This document shows, one piece after another, positions 1 through 9,625 of a stretch of 64,000 nt of DNA. The stretch lies in the NCBI GenBank assembly GCA_965217895.1, contig CBDCJV010000002.1:5088001-5152000 (forward strand). The letters are read 5' to 3'. The notes beneath the pieces were generated by a model. That model was given only the letters and a program-made list of their open reading frames with translations, had not been told where the DNA came from and did no database searches. The first letter of the stretch is position 1. Every line of letters starts with the position of its first letter. This DNA is from Waterburya sp. (lineage in GTDB: Bacteria > Cyanobacteriota > Cyanobacteriia > Cyanobacteriales > Xenococcaceae). The translations under genes and the position numbers were made by a program.

Positions 1-1
1 G

Positions 2-439
2 TGTCTTAATTTAGAACCTGAATTAACTACTATGATTCAGCATAAGCTATCTCTCAACTTGGTTACGGGTTTAACTAGCGATCGCCCAATTTGTCTAGCT
101 ACCCAAAAACGCCAGCTTGCTCAACAATATGCTGCTGAAGCTGTGGATATGGAAGGTTATGACTATGTTAAAGAGCTACAGCGTCAGGGAATGTCTGTAG
201 CTATGTTACGGGTAATTAGTGATGATTTAACAGGTAATATACCTAATTTAAGCCCAGCTATTGATGAAGATGGTAATTTAAAGTCTTTGCCACTGGCGAT
301 CGCATTTTTACGTCAGCCTATCGCTGCAATTAGATTAATCAAAGGTTCTTTAATAGGATTAAAAAAGCTGCAACAAATTACTACTAAATTGTGCCTGATG
401 TATAGTTATACCGATTTAAATTTTAAATATGACAGATAA
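2..439 (+). CDS. Nucleoside phosphorylase-family protein, C-terminal part (5' end outside the window)
   Basis: Frame is open from base 2; motifs AVDMEG and LRVISDD are typical of the PNP/UDP/MTA phosphorylase fold. Confidence 0.75.
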   Translation, partial: CLNLEPELTTMIQHKLSLNLVTGLTSDRPICLATQKRQLAQQYAAEAVDMEGYDYVKELQRQGMSVAMLRVISDDLTGNIPNLSPAIDEDGNLKSLPLAIAFLRQPIAAIRLIKGSLIGLKKLQQITTKLCLMYSYTDLNFKYDR

Positions 440-447
440 TTTGTGTA

Positions 448-475
448 GTAAGGGCTACTCGCGAATAGCCCTTAC
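448..475. repeat. REP-like palindrome
   Basis: GTAAGGGCTA-ctcgcgaa-TAGCCCTTAC inverted repeat downstream of a gene; a similar palindrome lies at 13416-13435. Confidence 0.55.
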
Positions 476-501
476 GAGATGTATGTAAAAAACACTATTT
501 A

Positions 502-688
502 ACCTCAGTTCGGGATAAGCTGAAACCTAACTTCTTCGTTACCAATTGGATGAATTGATTTTTGATCTTCAACAACCACGAAGGCACAGATAGGTTGTAA
601 CAACTGACTTTGATTAAAAGGCTAAAAGCTAATAGTTAAAAGCTGATAGCTACCTTAACCGATCAATTGTCTTAACCCGAACTCAGGT
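502..688. mobile_element. MITE (187 bp)
   Basis: Terminal inverted repeats acctcagttcgggataag / cttaacccgaactcaggt (2 mismatches); TATTTA duplicated on both flanks (496-501, 689-694); no ORF. Confidence 0.8.
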
Positions 689-722
689 TATTTAATTTAG
701 TATCTTTATGCTTCGGAGTCTA

Positions 723-2891
723 TTAATCGCCAGATTGGGGTAATAATTTAAACTTGGCAACTTCAGCTAAAGGCAGAGAAATTTGTACTGTTGTCCCTTG
801 TCCTTCCCCGCCACTGTATAAGGATATATGACCCTGCATCAATTCGATTAGATTGCGAGAGATGGCTAAACCCAGGCCAGTACCACCAAATTTGCGAGTA
901 GTTGAGCCATCTGCCATAACAAATGGATTAAATAATTTATCCTGCTGGCTTTTCTCAATCCCAATTCCCGAATCTTCTATAGTCAGTAGAACTTGCTGTG
1001 AGGGTTCTAATTCCCCATAGCTAAAGTTACTGCTGTGATAATTTTGCGCGCTCGGCAAATTAGGTTTTAAGTCAGCATTCCCAAGCCAGTCCGTTGGGCG
1101 GGTTTCCCGACTTGAAGGAACTGACGTTTGCGTCTTACGCGGATGCGGGATCTGACTTTTGGTTTTGAACAGCCTTGGCTCATATTTCTGTGAGGGGTCA
1201 TAATAGTCTCCAGAAGCTAGCAGATATTGATGCTCTGCCTCCCCAATAATTTCTTCGATAATCTCGACTTTGATAGCAATAGTGCCTTGTTCGGTAAATT
1301 TGACGGCATTGCTGACCACATTGATTAATACTTGCTTAAGCTTGGCTGGGTCTGCTAAAACAGAGATATTCTCTGACCAAATTGGTCGATCTAAGGTCAG
1401 ATTTTTATGCTGAATTGAGACTAAATGCAAATCAACTACTTCGTTCAGTATTTTTTGCAGATCGACTTTTTCAATCACTACAGAAAGCTTACCCGCCTCA
1501 ATTTTAGAAATATCTAGCACATCGTTAATAATTCCTAATAAATGGATCGCAGCATCATCTGCCTGCTGCAAAAATTCTCGCTCTTCTTCTTTATTATCAC
1601 AGTAGCCATCTCGCACAATGCGAATACAGTTAATAATCCCGTTGAGGGGGGTTCGCAATTCATGGGAGGTAGTTGCTAGAAATTCGCTCTTGAGTTTATT
1701 AGCAGCTTGAGCTTCTTGCCAAGCCGAGACAATTTCTTCTCCCCAGGCTCGTAAGCGACTAACCATATCATTGAGAGCTAGAGAAAGCTGATTAAATTCA
1801 CGGATTTGGAAATTTTCTGGCAGGCGATCGCTAGTAGACTGAAAATGATCTTCTTTAAGAGAATAGTCTCTAATCCGCTCTAGAGGACGAGCCAACTCCC
1901 GCGAAACATATAAAGTAGCTAAGGAGCAGGCTGCAATTAACCCTAAAGTCATACCGACTAAAGCCTGGCGAATATCCTTTAGGGGTTCAAGGGCTGCATC
2001 AATCGGGCTAACCGCCAAAATGATCCACTTTTCTTTACTGCTAGCGGTTACAGGAGAAGGAATAGAGCTATATCCTGCTACTAACTCTACACCATCGGTT
2101 TCCAAATAAAATAAATGGAGAAAATCAGGCTTGTTGGCGATCGCATTTTTCATCAAGTCATTTAATCTGGGAAAATCGGGCATCTGCTTGATATTCCTTC
2201 CTACCCGCTGCTCAAAAGGATGAGCCAAAATAGTGCCATCTTCATCGATGACAACGGGATAACCCTCCAAAGAGCCTGGTTCAATAATTTCTTGAGCTAA
2301 AATAGCCGACTTGACGCTAAGAGCATAACGAAGGTTGCCATTTTGATCGTAAACTGGAGCAGTTAACCAGAGTTTTAGCTGTCGTCGTAGGGGATTTTCA
2401 TCCGCATCTTCTGAATCTTGCACCAAAGAAGTTGACGGAATTAATAACTTGACATTTATTTGCGCAGGAGTGGTTAAAATCTGTTGCTTCTTCTTTTGCC
2501 AAGTAGTACTTTCTAGTTCTACTGGTTCTTTGCAGTTGCTGGCAGCTATTTCATTAGTATTGAGATCTGTAATTTGAGCGCATAAGATATCTGCGGGTAA
2601 TACTTGTTTTAACTGGGCGATATATTTTTCAGGGTCAAATGTATTTGAACTTTTGATCGCTGCATCACTTGCAGTAGCCAAATTATTACGGAGAGCCTTT
2701 GTTGATTGTTGAATAATTTCTCCTTTTCTGACGGCACTTTCTGTCAAGTTTTGTCTAGCGGTTTCTAAAAAAGCCGATCTGGCTTTTTGATAAGTAACGT
2801 ACACTCCTACTAGCAAAACTGGCACGCTAACTAAAAGAATGCGCGAGAGTAATATACGTCGAAAGGAAGATTGACCAATTGCCATAGTCAA
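723..2891 (-). CDS. Membrane sensor histidine kinase (Cache-type sensor, HAMP, HisKA, HATPase)
   Basis: Two TM segments, SHELRTPL H-box, NAVKFT N-box, DSGIG and GGTGLGL boxes; long low-complexity insert in the HATPase domain. Confidence 0.93.
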   Translation of the reverse strand: MTMAIGQSSFRRILLSRILLVSVPVLLVGVYVTYQKARSAFLETARQNLTESAVRKGEIIQQSTKALRNNLATASDAAIKSSNTFDPEKYIAQLKQVLPADILCAQITDLNTNEIAASNCKEPVELESTTWQKKKQQILTTPAQINVKLLIPSTSLVQDSEDADENPLRRQLKLWLTAPVYDQNGNLRYALSVKSAILAQEIIEPGSLEGYPVVIDEDGTILAHPFEQRVGRNIKQMPDFPRLNDLMKNAIANKPDFLHLFYLETDGVELVAGYSSIPSPVTASSKEKWIILAVSPIDAALEPLKDIRQALVGMTLGLIAACSLATLYVSRELARPLERIRDYSLKEDHFQSTSDRLPENFQIREFNQLSLALNDMVSRLRAWGEEIVSAWQEAQAANKLKSEFLATTSHELRTPLNGIINCIRIVRDGYCDNKEEEREFLQQADDAAIHLLGIINDVLDISKIEAGKLSVVIEKVDLQKILNEVVDLHLVSIQHKNLTLDRPIWSENISVLADPAKLKQVLINVVSNAVKFTEQGTIAIKVEIIEEIIGEAEHQYLLASGDYYDPSQKYEPRLFKTKSQIPHPRKTQTSVPSSRETRPTDWLGNADLKPNLPSAQNYHSSNFSYGELEPSQQVLLTIEDSGIGIEKSQQDKLFNPFVMADGSTTRKFGGTGLGLAISRNLIELMQGHISLYSGGEGQGTTVQISLPLAEVAKFKLLPQSGD
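1083..1127. repeat. ~45-nt GC-rich hairpin repeat inside the kinase CDS
   Basis: aagccagtccgttgggcgggtttcccgacttgaaggaactgacgt forms an imperfect stem-loop within the HATPase insert; resembles cyanobacterial small dispersed repeats. Confidence 0.6.
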
Positions 2892-3046
2892 AGGTTTAGG
2901 CTCACGCTTAAACTATATCTCTATTATTGTATTTTAATGATATCCATTCAAATATCATTTGCCCTACCTGTAGGTAAAAAATGAAGTAAGCATGGTTGTC
3001 AAAAGCCTTTAACTAAACGACACGGTAGAATTTATTTTTATTTTTA

Positions 3047-3766
3047 ATGAACAATAGACCGCAAATTACAGCTATTTTAGCAATGACTGCCGATGGCAAA
3101 ATTGCTGACTATCAAAGATCTCCTGCTCGTTTTGGTTCTGCCAACGATAAAATACACCTAGAAAAACAGGTTTCTTTAGCAGATGGAGTATTATTTGGTG
3201 CTGATACTTTAAGAGCTTACGGTACAACCATGTCCGTATCCAATTTTAAGTTGATCCAGGGACGAATAGAGCGATCGCAATCATTACAGCCAGTACAAAT
3301 TGTAGTTTCAGCATCAGCAAATTTCGATCCTGACTGGCGTTTTTTTCAGCAGTCAATACCACGATGGTTATTAACTGTACCCAGTGGCGCAGAATTATGG
3401 CGGGGTAAAAAAGAATTTGAGCGTATTTTGATTATTCACGGTACTAAAGAAAACAACTCGACGATTAATTGGGCATCAACCTTGGTACAGCTAGACGGAT
3501 TAGGGTTAAAAAAACTAGCCATCCTCGGTGGAGGAGAATTAGTAGCATCTCTTTTCGCGGTAGATTTAATCGATGAGCTTTGGTTAACCGTTTGTCCCGT
3601 AATTTTTGGGGGTAACAGTTCTCCTTCTCCCGTTGGCGGAGTTGGGTTTTTGCAGTCTCAAGGAAAAAAGCTAAAATTGCTAAAAGCCAAGCAGGTTAAT
3701 GAAGAAATTTTTCTCCACTATCGAGTACTAAACAATGGACAATTATCAATAAACAATTATCAATGA
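3047..3766 (+). CDS. RibD C-terminal (reductase-like) family protein
   Basis: AMTADGKIA, GADTLR, LGGGEL and LIDELWLTVCPVIFGG motifs. Confidence 0.88.
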   Translation: MNNRPQITAILAMTADGKIADYQRSPARFGSANDKIHLEKQVSLADGVLFGADTLRAYGTTMSVSNFKLIQGRIERSQSLQPVQIVVSASANFDPDWRFFQQSIPRWLLTVPSGAELWRGKKEFERILIIHGTKENNSTINWASTLVQLDGLGLKKLAILGGGELVASLFAVDLIDELWLTVCPVIFGGNSSPSPVGGVGFLQSQGKKLKLLKAKQVNEEIFLHYRVLNNGQLSINNYQ

Positions 3767-3828
3767 ACGATTATCAATTTGCGTTTTTAGATCTTTGCTA
3801 TCTTAAAAAACTACGGATTTCTTATTAG

Positions 3829-4908
3829 ATGGGTTTTGATACATATTTTGCTGATTCTTATCTAGAGGCGCGTCAAAATTTTCTAACTTCTTGTTTAGAT
3901 GAAGCAACTTTAATTAAGTCGTGGCAGCATCCTTTAAGGGGTATGGCAGGAGAAAAACTATATGTCGATTTGGCTTGGTTTGGCAGTCTTGCTGCCCAAA
4001 AAGTCTTAATATTATTATCGGCAACTCATGGAGTAGAAGGATTTGGCGGTTCTGGTATTCAGGTAAGTTCGCTCAAAAGCAATTGGCATAAACAGGCTGA
4101 TAATGATGTAGCTATAGTTATGATTCATGGACTTAACCCGTGGGGAATGAGTTATTGTCGGCGCGTTAATGAAGATGGAGTAGATCTAAACCGTAATTTT
4201 CTCGATTTTGGGCAGCCTTTACCCAAAAACTCTTTTTACAATGATTTAGCAGATATTATTGTTCCCTCAGAATGGACAATAGAAACTCAAAGACAAACTC
4301 TACAGCAGCTATTTGAGTATCTGTATAGTCATGAATTCTCAGTCGAAGCATTAGCTCAAGGACAATACAGCCATTGGTATGCGCCTTTTTATGGTGGAGA
4401 AGTTTCTACTTGGTCAAATCGTATTTTTCAGAAGATATTTGCTCAATATTTTCAAAATAAGCAAGCAGTTGGCTTACTTGATTATCATACGGGATTAGGA
4501 CAGTACGCCACTGGTCAACTTATGGGCATCGCTAATAATGCTCGCACTGCTAATTTAGCTGCAACCATTTGGGGCGATAAATTAGTTATGACTGGTTCGG
4601 CTAACTCGGTTGCTGTCTACAAACCTCACGGAACATTAATTGCTACTCTACAAAACAACTTATGTCAATCAATTTGTCTTGCTGCTGCTTATGAATTTGG
4701 CACAATACCAGAAACTGAAGTATTTGATGCGCTGCGCGCCGATCACTGGCTATATTATCACGGAGACTTGAATAGTAACCATGCCCAAATAATTAGACAA
4801 GGAATGATCGATGCTTTTTATAATCACGATCCTGATTGGCAAGAATCAATCTGCCATCTTGCTTTTACCGCCCAAGCAGAACTATTGGCAGGTTTAAAAT
4901 CTCTCTAG
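3829..4908 (+). CDS. DUF2817 / M14-like zinc carboxypeptidase-family protein
   Basis: HGVEG, NPWG, RRVNEDGVDLNRNF and DYHTG motifs. Confidence 0.85.
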   Translation: MGFDTYFADSYLEARQNFLTSCLDEATLIKSWQHPLRGMAGEKLYVDLAWFGSLAAQKVLILLSATHGVEGFGGSGIQVSSLKSNWHKQADNDVAIVMIHGLNPWGMSYCRRVNEDGVDLNRNFLDFGQPLPKNSFYNDLADIIVPSEWTIETQRQTLQQLFEYLYSHEFSVEALAQGQYSHWYAPFYGGEVSTWSNRIFQKIFAQYFQNKQAVGLLDYHTGLGQYATGQLMGIANNARTANLAATIWGDKLVMTGSANSVAVYKPHGTLIATLQNNLCQSICLAAAYEFGTIPETEVFDALRADHWLYYHGDLNSNHAQIIRQGMIDAFYNHDPDWQESICHLAFTAQAELLAGLKSL

Positions 4909-5068
4909 GTTATTTCTTTCCTTATCAAAATAATTCTTAACAATCTTTAGTTTTTAACCTTTTTTTAACTGTGGAATACAAAACATTAACTGCTATTTTC
5001 TTAATAGAAGATTTCTGATAATATTTGCTGTAGTGCTTCTATATTGTTGATATGTTCAACACTTAAAA

Positions 5069-5389
5069 ATGAGTTTAAAAATAGTCAAGAATTATGATAC
5101 AAGCTTCGCTCTTGATTCGGCAGCTAAAGACATTTTATTTAGCTTGTTGACAAATAAAACTTTTACCGACCAGATTAGCCAAAGACTTAACGAAAACAAG
5201 ATTCATTTTACTAACCAAGTTTTTCAACCTGTTCCCTATAGCCAACATACTCCCAAGGGAATGCCTCCTGAGTTTGAGAGATATCATGGTTCAGATGACT
5301 ACATTATTATCAATGTGCCACCAAATTTTATGTTCCAAGCAAAAATTTTTAAGCCTAGTCGTTTGTGTGCCATTTATCGTAAGCTTTAA
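5069..5389 (+). CDS. Hypothetical protein (106 aa)
   Basis: ATG-started ORF followed by a hairpin at ~5431-5457; no family recognised. Confidence 0.65.
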   Translation: MSLKIVKNYDTSFALDSAAKDILFSLLTNKTFTDQISQRLNENKIHFTNQVFQPVPYSQHTPKGMPPEFERYHGSDDYIIINVPPNFMFQAKIFKPSRLCAIYRKL

Positions 5390-5477
5390 CTAGCTTTACC
5401 TAATTGAGCAGACATAGATAATAAAGTTTTAGTTGGGGGAAAATATTCCCCTTAACTTATTTCTTGATAGATTGACA

Positions 5478-5596
5478 TAAGTTAGGTAGGACAAATTAAT
5501 TAGAAGAGAGTCTCGTTACTTGAGTAACGAGTAACGAAAATAGAGCGTAATATCTTGCTTACGCTTGTTTTACATTTAATCTTACCCACCCACTTA
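5478..5596. mobile_element. Degenerate MITE-like element
   Basis: Imperfect terminal IRs taagttaggtaggacaaattaat / atttaatcttacccacccactta with internal heptamer repeats; similar element at 33463-33551. Confidence 0.5.
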
Positions 5597-5812
5597 ACTA
5601 AAATTGAAAAATTAATTTAACTTTAAAGGTGCGTAGCGGTTGCGTAGCAAGTCGTTAGACTCAACCATACCGTAGGCGACACGAAGTTAGTCCTTTATGG
5701 CTTATTGCCACATTAAAAACAAAGATTAAGCTTAAGATAAATAAAGGCTACGGACAATACAGTAAGAGTAGCCCAACAAAATATAATTAATATTTAGCAG
5801 CAATTAATAATT

Positions 5813-6352
5813 ATGTCTATCCAAGTCGAAATCCCATCTCTTTCAAGTTTGGAATATTTGACGTATTTAAACAATGATGGGTGCATTGATGAAGATATTC
5901 AAGGAAAAATAGGCGTTTATGCAATTTTTGATCGAACTCAAGAATTGCAGTATGTAGGCTATTCACGCGACGTTTATCTCAGCCTCAAGCAGCATCTAAT
6001 TCGCCAACCTGAAAACTGTTATTGGGTGAAGCTACAAACTATTACTCGCCCCAGTCGCAAAATTTTAGACGATATTGCCTCGGCTTGGATAGCTGAAAAT
6101 GGCAAAACTCCTATGGGAAATGACATTGAACAGTCTCTTTGGAGCGAACCTATTGATGCTAATCCGACTATGACAGAGGAAGAAAAGGCACAATATCAGC
6201 AAAACGATGAGTTAGGACAAACTAAAATACGAAAAAAAGTAGCCAGACGAGTAGAAGCCAAAATTCAGCAGCAACTGAGCGATCGCGGAGTTAAAATGAA
6301 TATTCGCTTCAATCCTAAACTAAAGGAAAAAGGTCTATTAGACTTAAAGTAA
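5813..6352 (+). CDS. GIY-YIG nuclease-family protein (conserved cyanobacterial type)
   Basis: GVYAIFD...YVGYSRD motif. Confidence 0.85.
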   Translation: MSIQVEIPSLSSLEYLTYLNNDGCIDEDIQGKIGVYAIFDRTQELQYVGYSRDVYLSLKQHLIRQPENCYWVKLQTITRPSRKILDDIASAWIAENGKTPMGNDIEQSLWSEPIDANPTMTEEEKAQYQQNDELGQTKIRKKVARRVEAKIQQQLSDRGVKMNIRFNPKLKEKGLLDLK

Positions 6353-6456
6353 ATAATCTTTATTTGAAGTTGTCATCGGCTGTACCAATTAATTCATAAT
6401 CGTCTTTAACTATAAAACCGAGTCCTAAATTAATTATCACTCGATACACATAAAGT

Positions 6457-8208
6457 ATGAAAGCTGTATTGCTAAACAACCGCTATCGCATCATCAAAAC
6501 TTTAGGGAGGGGAGGTTTTGGTGAGACATATTTAACTGAAGATACTCATATGCCTTCAGGGCGTAAGTGTGTGTTAAAGCAGCTTAAACCAATCGTCAAG
6601 CAACCAACAACTCCTTTGTGGATGAAGGAAAGGTTTCAGCGAGAAGCAGCAATATTAGAAGAGTTAGGGCAAGGCAGCAGCCAAATTCCTCGGCTTTATG
6701 CTTATTTTTCTGAAGACGACAAGTTTTACTTAGTGCAGGAGTGGATTGAAGGGCTGACCCTAGAGCAATACTGGGAACAATTCGGCAATTTGCACCGCGA
6801 TGAGGTTCGGCAAATTCTAGCAAAGCTTTTACCTGTATTAAGTTATGTTCACAGCCGTCGTATTATTCATCGAGATATCAAGCCTGAAAATATTATTCTC
6901 CGCCAAGGAGACAAACAACCATTTTTAATTGACTTTGGGGCGGTAAAAGAGGCGATCGCCACAGAAGTAAATCAATCTGGTAGTACTTTTTCCGCTTCTA
7001 TTGGTACTCCTGGCTATATGTCCTCAGAGCAAGCAGCAGGTCGTCCTATATACTCTAGCGATCTTTATAGCTTGGGCTTGACCGCAATTTTCTTACTCAC
7101 GGGAAAATCTCCTAATGAACTGGAGACTGACCCCCAAAATGGCGAAATTGTTTGGATAGAACACGCCTTTAATCTGGATTCTGAATTAATTGCTATACTC
7201 GATCGAGCAATTAAGTTTCATCCTCGCGATCGCTTTAGCACTGCTCAAGAAATGCTAAATGCTCTTAATAGCGGATTTAATACTGCTCAATCTAGCAATC
7301 TTACAGGAGCAACCTTAAATCTTGCCCCGGGGATAAATTCCCTCGTTAACAACCATACGTTTCCAGAAAATAGCAGTAATACTGTCGTAGCATCTAAAAA
7401 TAGCAAAAAGCCCAAAAAACGTAATTGGTTAGCAACTATGGGTTTATTTGTTCTAATTGCTACGGGAGTTGCCGCAGGAACTTTAGCGACAGGTTTTATC
7501 GTCATTTCTAATTTATTAAAATCTTCCGAACCAACCCAAGAACAAGCTCAGGTTCAGCAACAGCAACAGACTCGCAAACCAGATATATTTCAACCCACCG
7601 AAAAAAAAGCACAAGAAGTACCCACAACAAAAGAGAAAAAAAATAGAGACGAAATTCAACAAGCAAAACTAGAAAAAATTGCTTTAAAGATTAAAAAAGA
7701 AGAGCAATCGGCAACAGAAGTACAGGCAAATGATTCAGCAGCAACTACAGATAACAAACAACCCAAGACTTTAGCCAAGGTCGATTTAGATTCAGCATCA
7801 GAAATAAATATACCAATTTTGACTACAGGAACGTCGGAAAGTCAGCTAGTCAGCACTTTAGGACAACCAACTTCTGAGAGAACAGGCTGGCAGCCAAACA
7901 GCAAAGTTCTTGATTACTACAATGTAATTCCCGATCGCGTCAATCTTAGTTATCAGTCAGATAATACAGGTACAATACGTCAAACAGATATAGCTCTTAA
8001 TCAATCAGTAAGCTTAGGAACAATGCAGCAAACCCTAACTAAACTGTTGGGAGGGGATGCCCCGGCTGATATTAAAGAAAAATTACGCAGCGTTTATAAT
8101 CGTCAAACCAACTTTAGTTTTTTCAAGTTAAATAATTTAGAGGGCAAGGTTCAGCGAGATAGCAAAGATAGAATCAATATTTCCGTCTGGGAAAAAGGAT
8201 TTCAGTAA
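6457..8208 (+). CDS. Hanks-type Ser/Thr protein kinase with TM segment and C-terminal extracytoplasmic domain
   Basis: GRGGFG, VLK, HRDIKPEN, DFG and GTPGY motifs; hydrophobic segment around aa 325-352. Confidence 0.95.
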   Translation: MKAVLLNNRYRIIKTLGRGGFGETYLTEDTHMPSGRKCVLKQLKPIVKQPTTPLWMKERFQREAAILEELGQGSSQIPRLYAYFSEDDKFYLVQEWIEGLTLEQYWEQFGNLHRDEVRQILAKLLPVLSYVHSRRIIHRDIKPENIILRQGDKQPFLIDFGAVKEAIATEVNQSGSTFSASIGTPGYMSSEQAAGRPIYSSDLYSLGLTAIFLLTGKSPNELETDPQNGEIVWIEHAFNLDSELIAILDRAIKFHPRDRFSTAQEMLNALNSGFNTAQSSNLTGATLNLAPGINSLVNNHTFPENSSNTVVASKNSKKPKKRNWLATMGLFVLIATGVAAGTLATGFIVISNLLKSSEPTQEQAQVQQQQQTRKPDIFQPTEKKAQEVPTTKEKKNRDEIQQAKLEKIALKIKKEEQSATEVQANDSAATTDNKQPKTLAKVDLDSASEINIPILTTGTSESQLVSTLGQPTSERTGWQPNSKVLDYYNVIPDRVNLSYQSDNTGTIRQTDIALNQSVSLGTMQQTLTKLLGGDAPADIKEKLRSVYNRQTNFSFFKLNNLEGKVQRDSKDRINISVWEKGFQ

Positions 8209-8330
8209 CGAGTGGAGATTAAATAAAACTTTTCTTTTTAAAGCGATCGCCTTATCACATTAAAAATATCCTATGATTAAAATAAATGTAGAAAAACTTC
8301 TCTAAAATTTCTAGTGATATTGAAAAAAAT

Positions 8331-8573
8331 ATGTTTGTAATAGCTATAAGACTTATTGCCCTTTTAGCAATCTCTTACTTATTTGGTCTGCTAGTGGCTT
8401 TGCTATTTTCGCTGTTTAACAAAGATAACGGTGGTGATGACTTTAGCCAAGGCGATCCCGATGCTCCTCAACCACCCGAACCAGGAAAAACCTTGAAGCA
8501 AAAAGGTAAGAAGCGATTAGTGGAAGTTGATGAATTCTATTATCTTGAAGAATTTGACTTGACTAAGAAATGA
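8331..8573 (+). CDS. Small hypothetical membrane protein
   Basis: N-terminal TM helix followed by a Pro/Asp-rich tail. Confidence 0.55.
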   Translation: MFVIAIRLIALLAISYLFGLLVALLFSLFNKDNGGDDFSQGDPDAPQPPEPGKTLKQKGKKRLVEVDEFYYLEEFDLTKK

Positions 8574-8673
8574 TCCTGGATTTAGTAAAGCAGGGTGGGC
8601 AAATAACAAGAGCTAAATTCAAAGACGCACTTTAAAACCAAATTTGCCCACTTCAAAAGATATAGAGTAATTA

Positions 8674-9429
8674 TTACATCGTTGCAAAAAGCTGTTCCCA
8701 GTTAGTAATAGCAAGTCTTTCTCCTTCATTGGCAATAGAAAAGGCTTTATCAATTGTAATGTCATAAAATAATGACTCTACGCAGACATTAGCTACGTCA
8801 ACCCGACTTGCTTCACCGTTAAGATTGTCTCCGAGTTTAATCTTTATAGCTTTTTTGCCATCGGTCTTAGCGTGTAATAAAGTATTTAGATCGTAAGAAG
8901 TGTAAGGACCATCGATCAATCTTCCAGGGCGGATGATAGTGTAAGGTAAGCCAGAGGCAATTATGGCTTTTTCTCCCATGAGTTTGGCATCTAAAACTCC
9001 AAAAGCATTAAGAATATTATAGGGAAGCTCATCTTTGCGTAATACGCCACAGGAGGAAACAAAAACAAACCGCTTTAAATCTTGAGGTGCAGCAGCTAAT
9101 AGATTTTTTACACCTTCACCGTCTACAGCTTCAGGGCTATTAGCAGGCTGAAATAAGTTAGCAAAGTCCCATTTCAAAGATGGAAAAGCAGTTGTTCCCG
9201 TACAGCAAATAATATAATTAATGCCGTTAGTAGCTTCAGCAAGAGTATTCGGGTAACGAATATCCCCCTCAACTATTTCTACTCTACCTTCAAACATAGA
9301 TTCGGCTTTAGATCTACTTCTAGTTAAAGCCCGAACGCTCAAGTCTTTTGCCAATAATTTTGCCACCACAAGTTGTCCTACTCCACCAGTAGCACCAGCA
9401 ACCAAAATTTTGTCTGAATTAGTAATCAT
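8674..9429 (-). CDS. Atypical SDR / NAD(P)H-binding oxidoreductase
   Basis: VAGATGGVG Rossmann motif, YTIIRPGRL, SRVDVA. Confidence 0.9.
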   Translation of the reverse strand: MITNSDKILVAGATGGVGQLVVAKLLAKDLSVRALTRSRSKAESMFEGRVEIVEGDIRYPNTLAEATNGINYIICCTGTTAFPSLKWDFANLFQPANSPEAVDGEGVKNLLAAAPQDLKRFVFVSSCGVLRKDELPYNILNAFGVLDAKLMGEKAIIASGLPYTIIRPGRLIDGPYTSYDLNTLLHAKTDGKKAIKIKLGDNLNGEASRVDVANVCVESLFYDITIDKAFSIANEGERLAITNWEQLFATM

Positions 9430-9625
9430 ATTATTTTTAATTTAAAGCTTACAGATCATTTTAAAAGCTTTTGACGATCGTAGAGCGATCGCCTGAAGCG
9501 GTAAATTGCTCAAGAAATATTGGCTAGTGTTGGTACACAGATATGCGCCATGCTTAAATCAGCAGTCGAATAGGTAGCAGCCACAGCTATTTAATTTATC
9601 TTAAATAATTAGCATCGGGTGCAGT

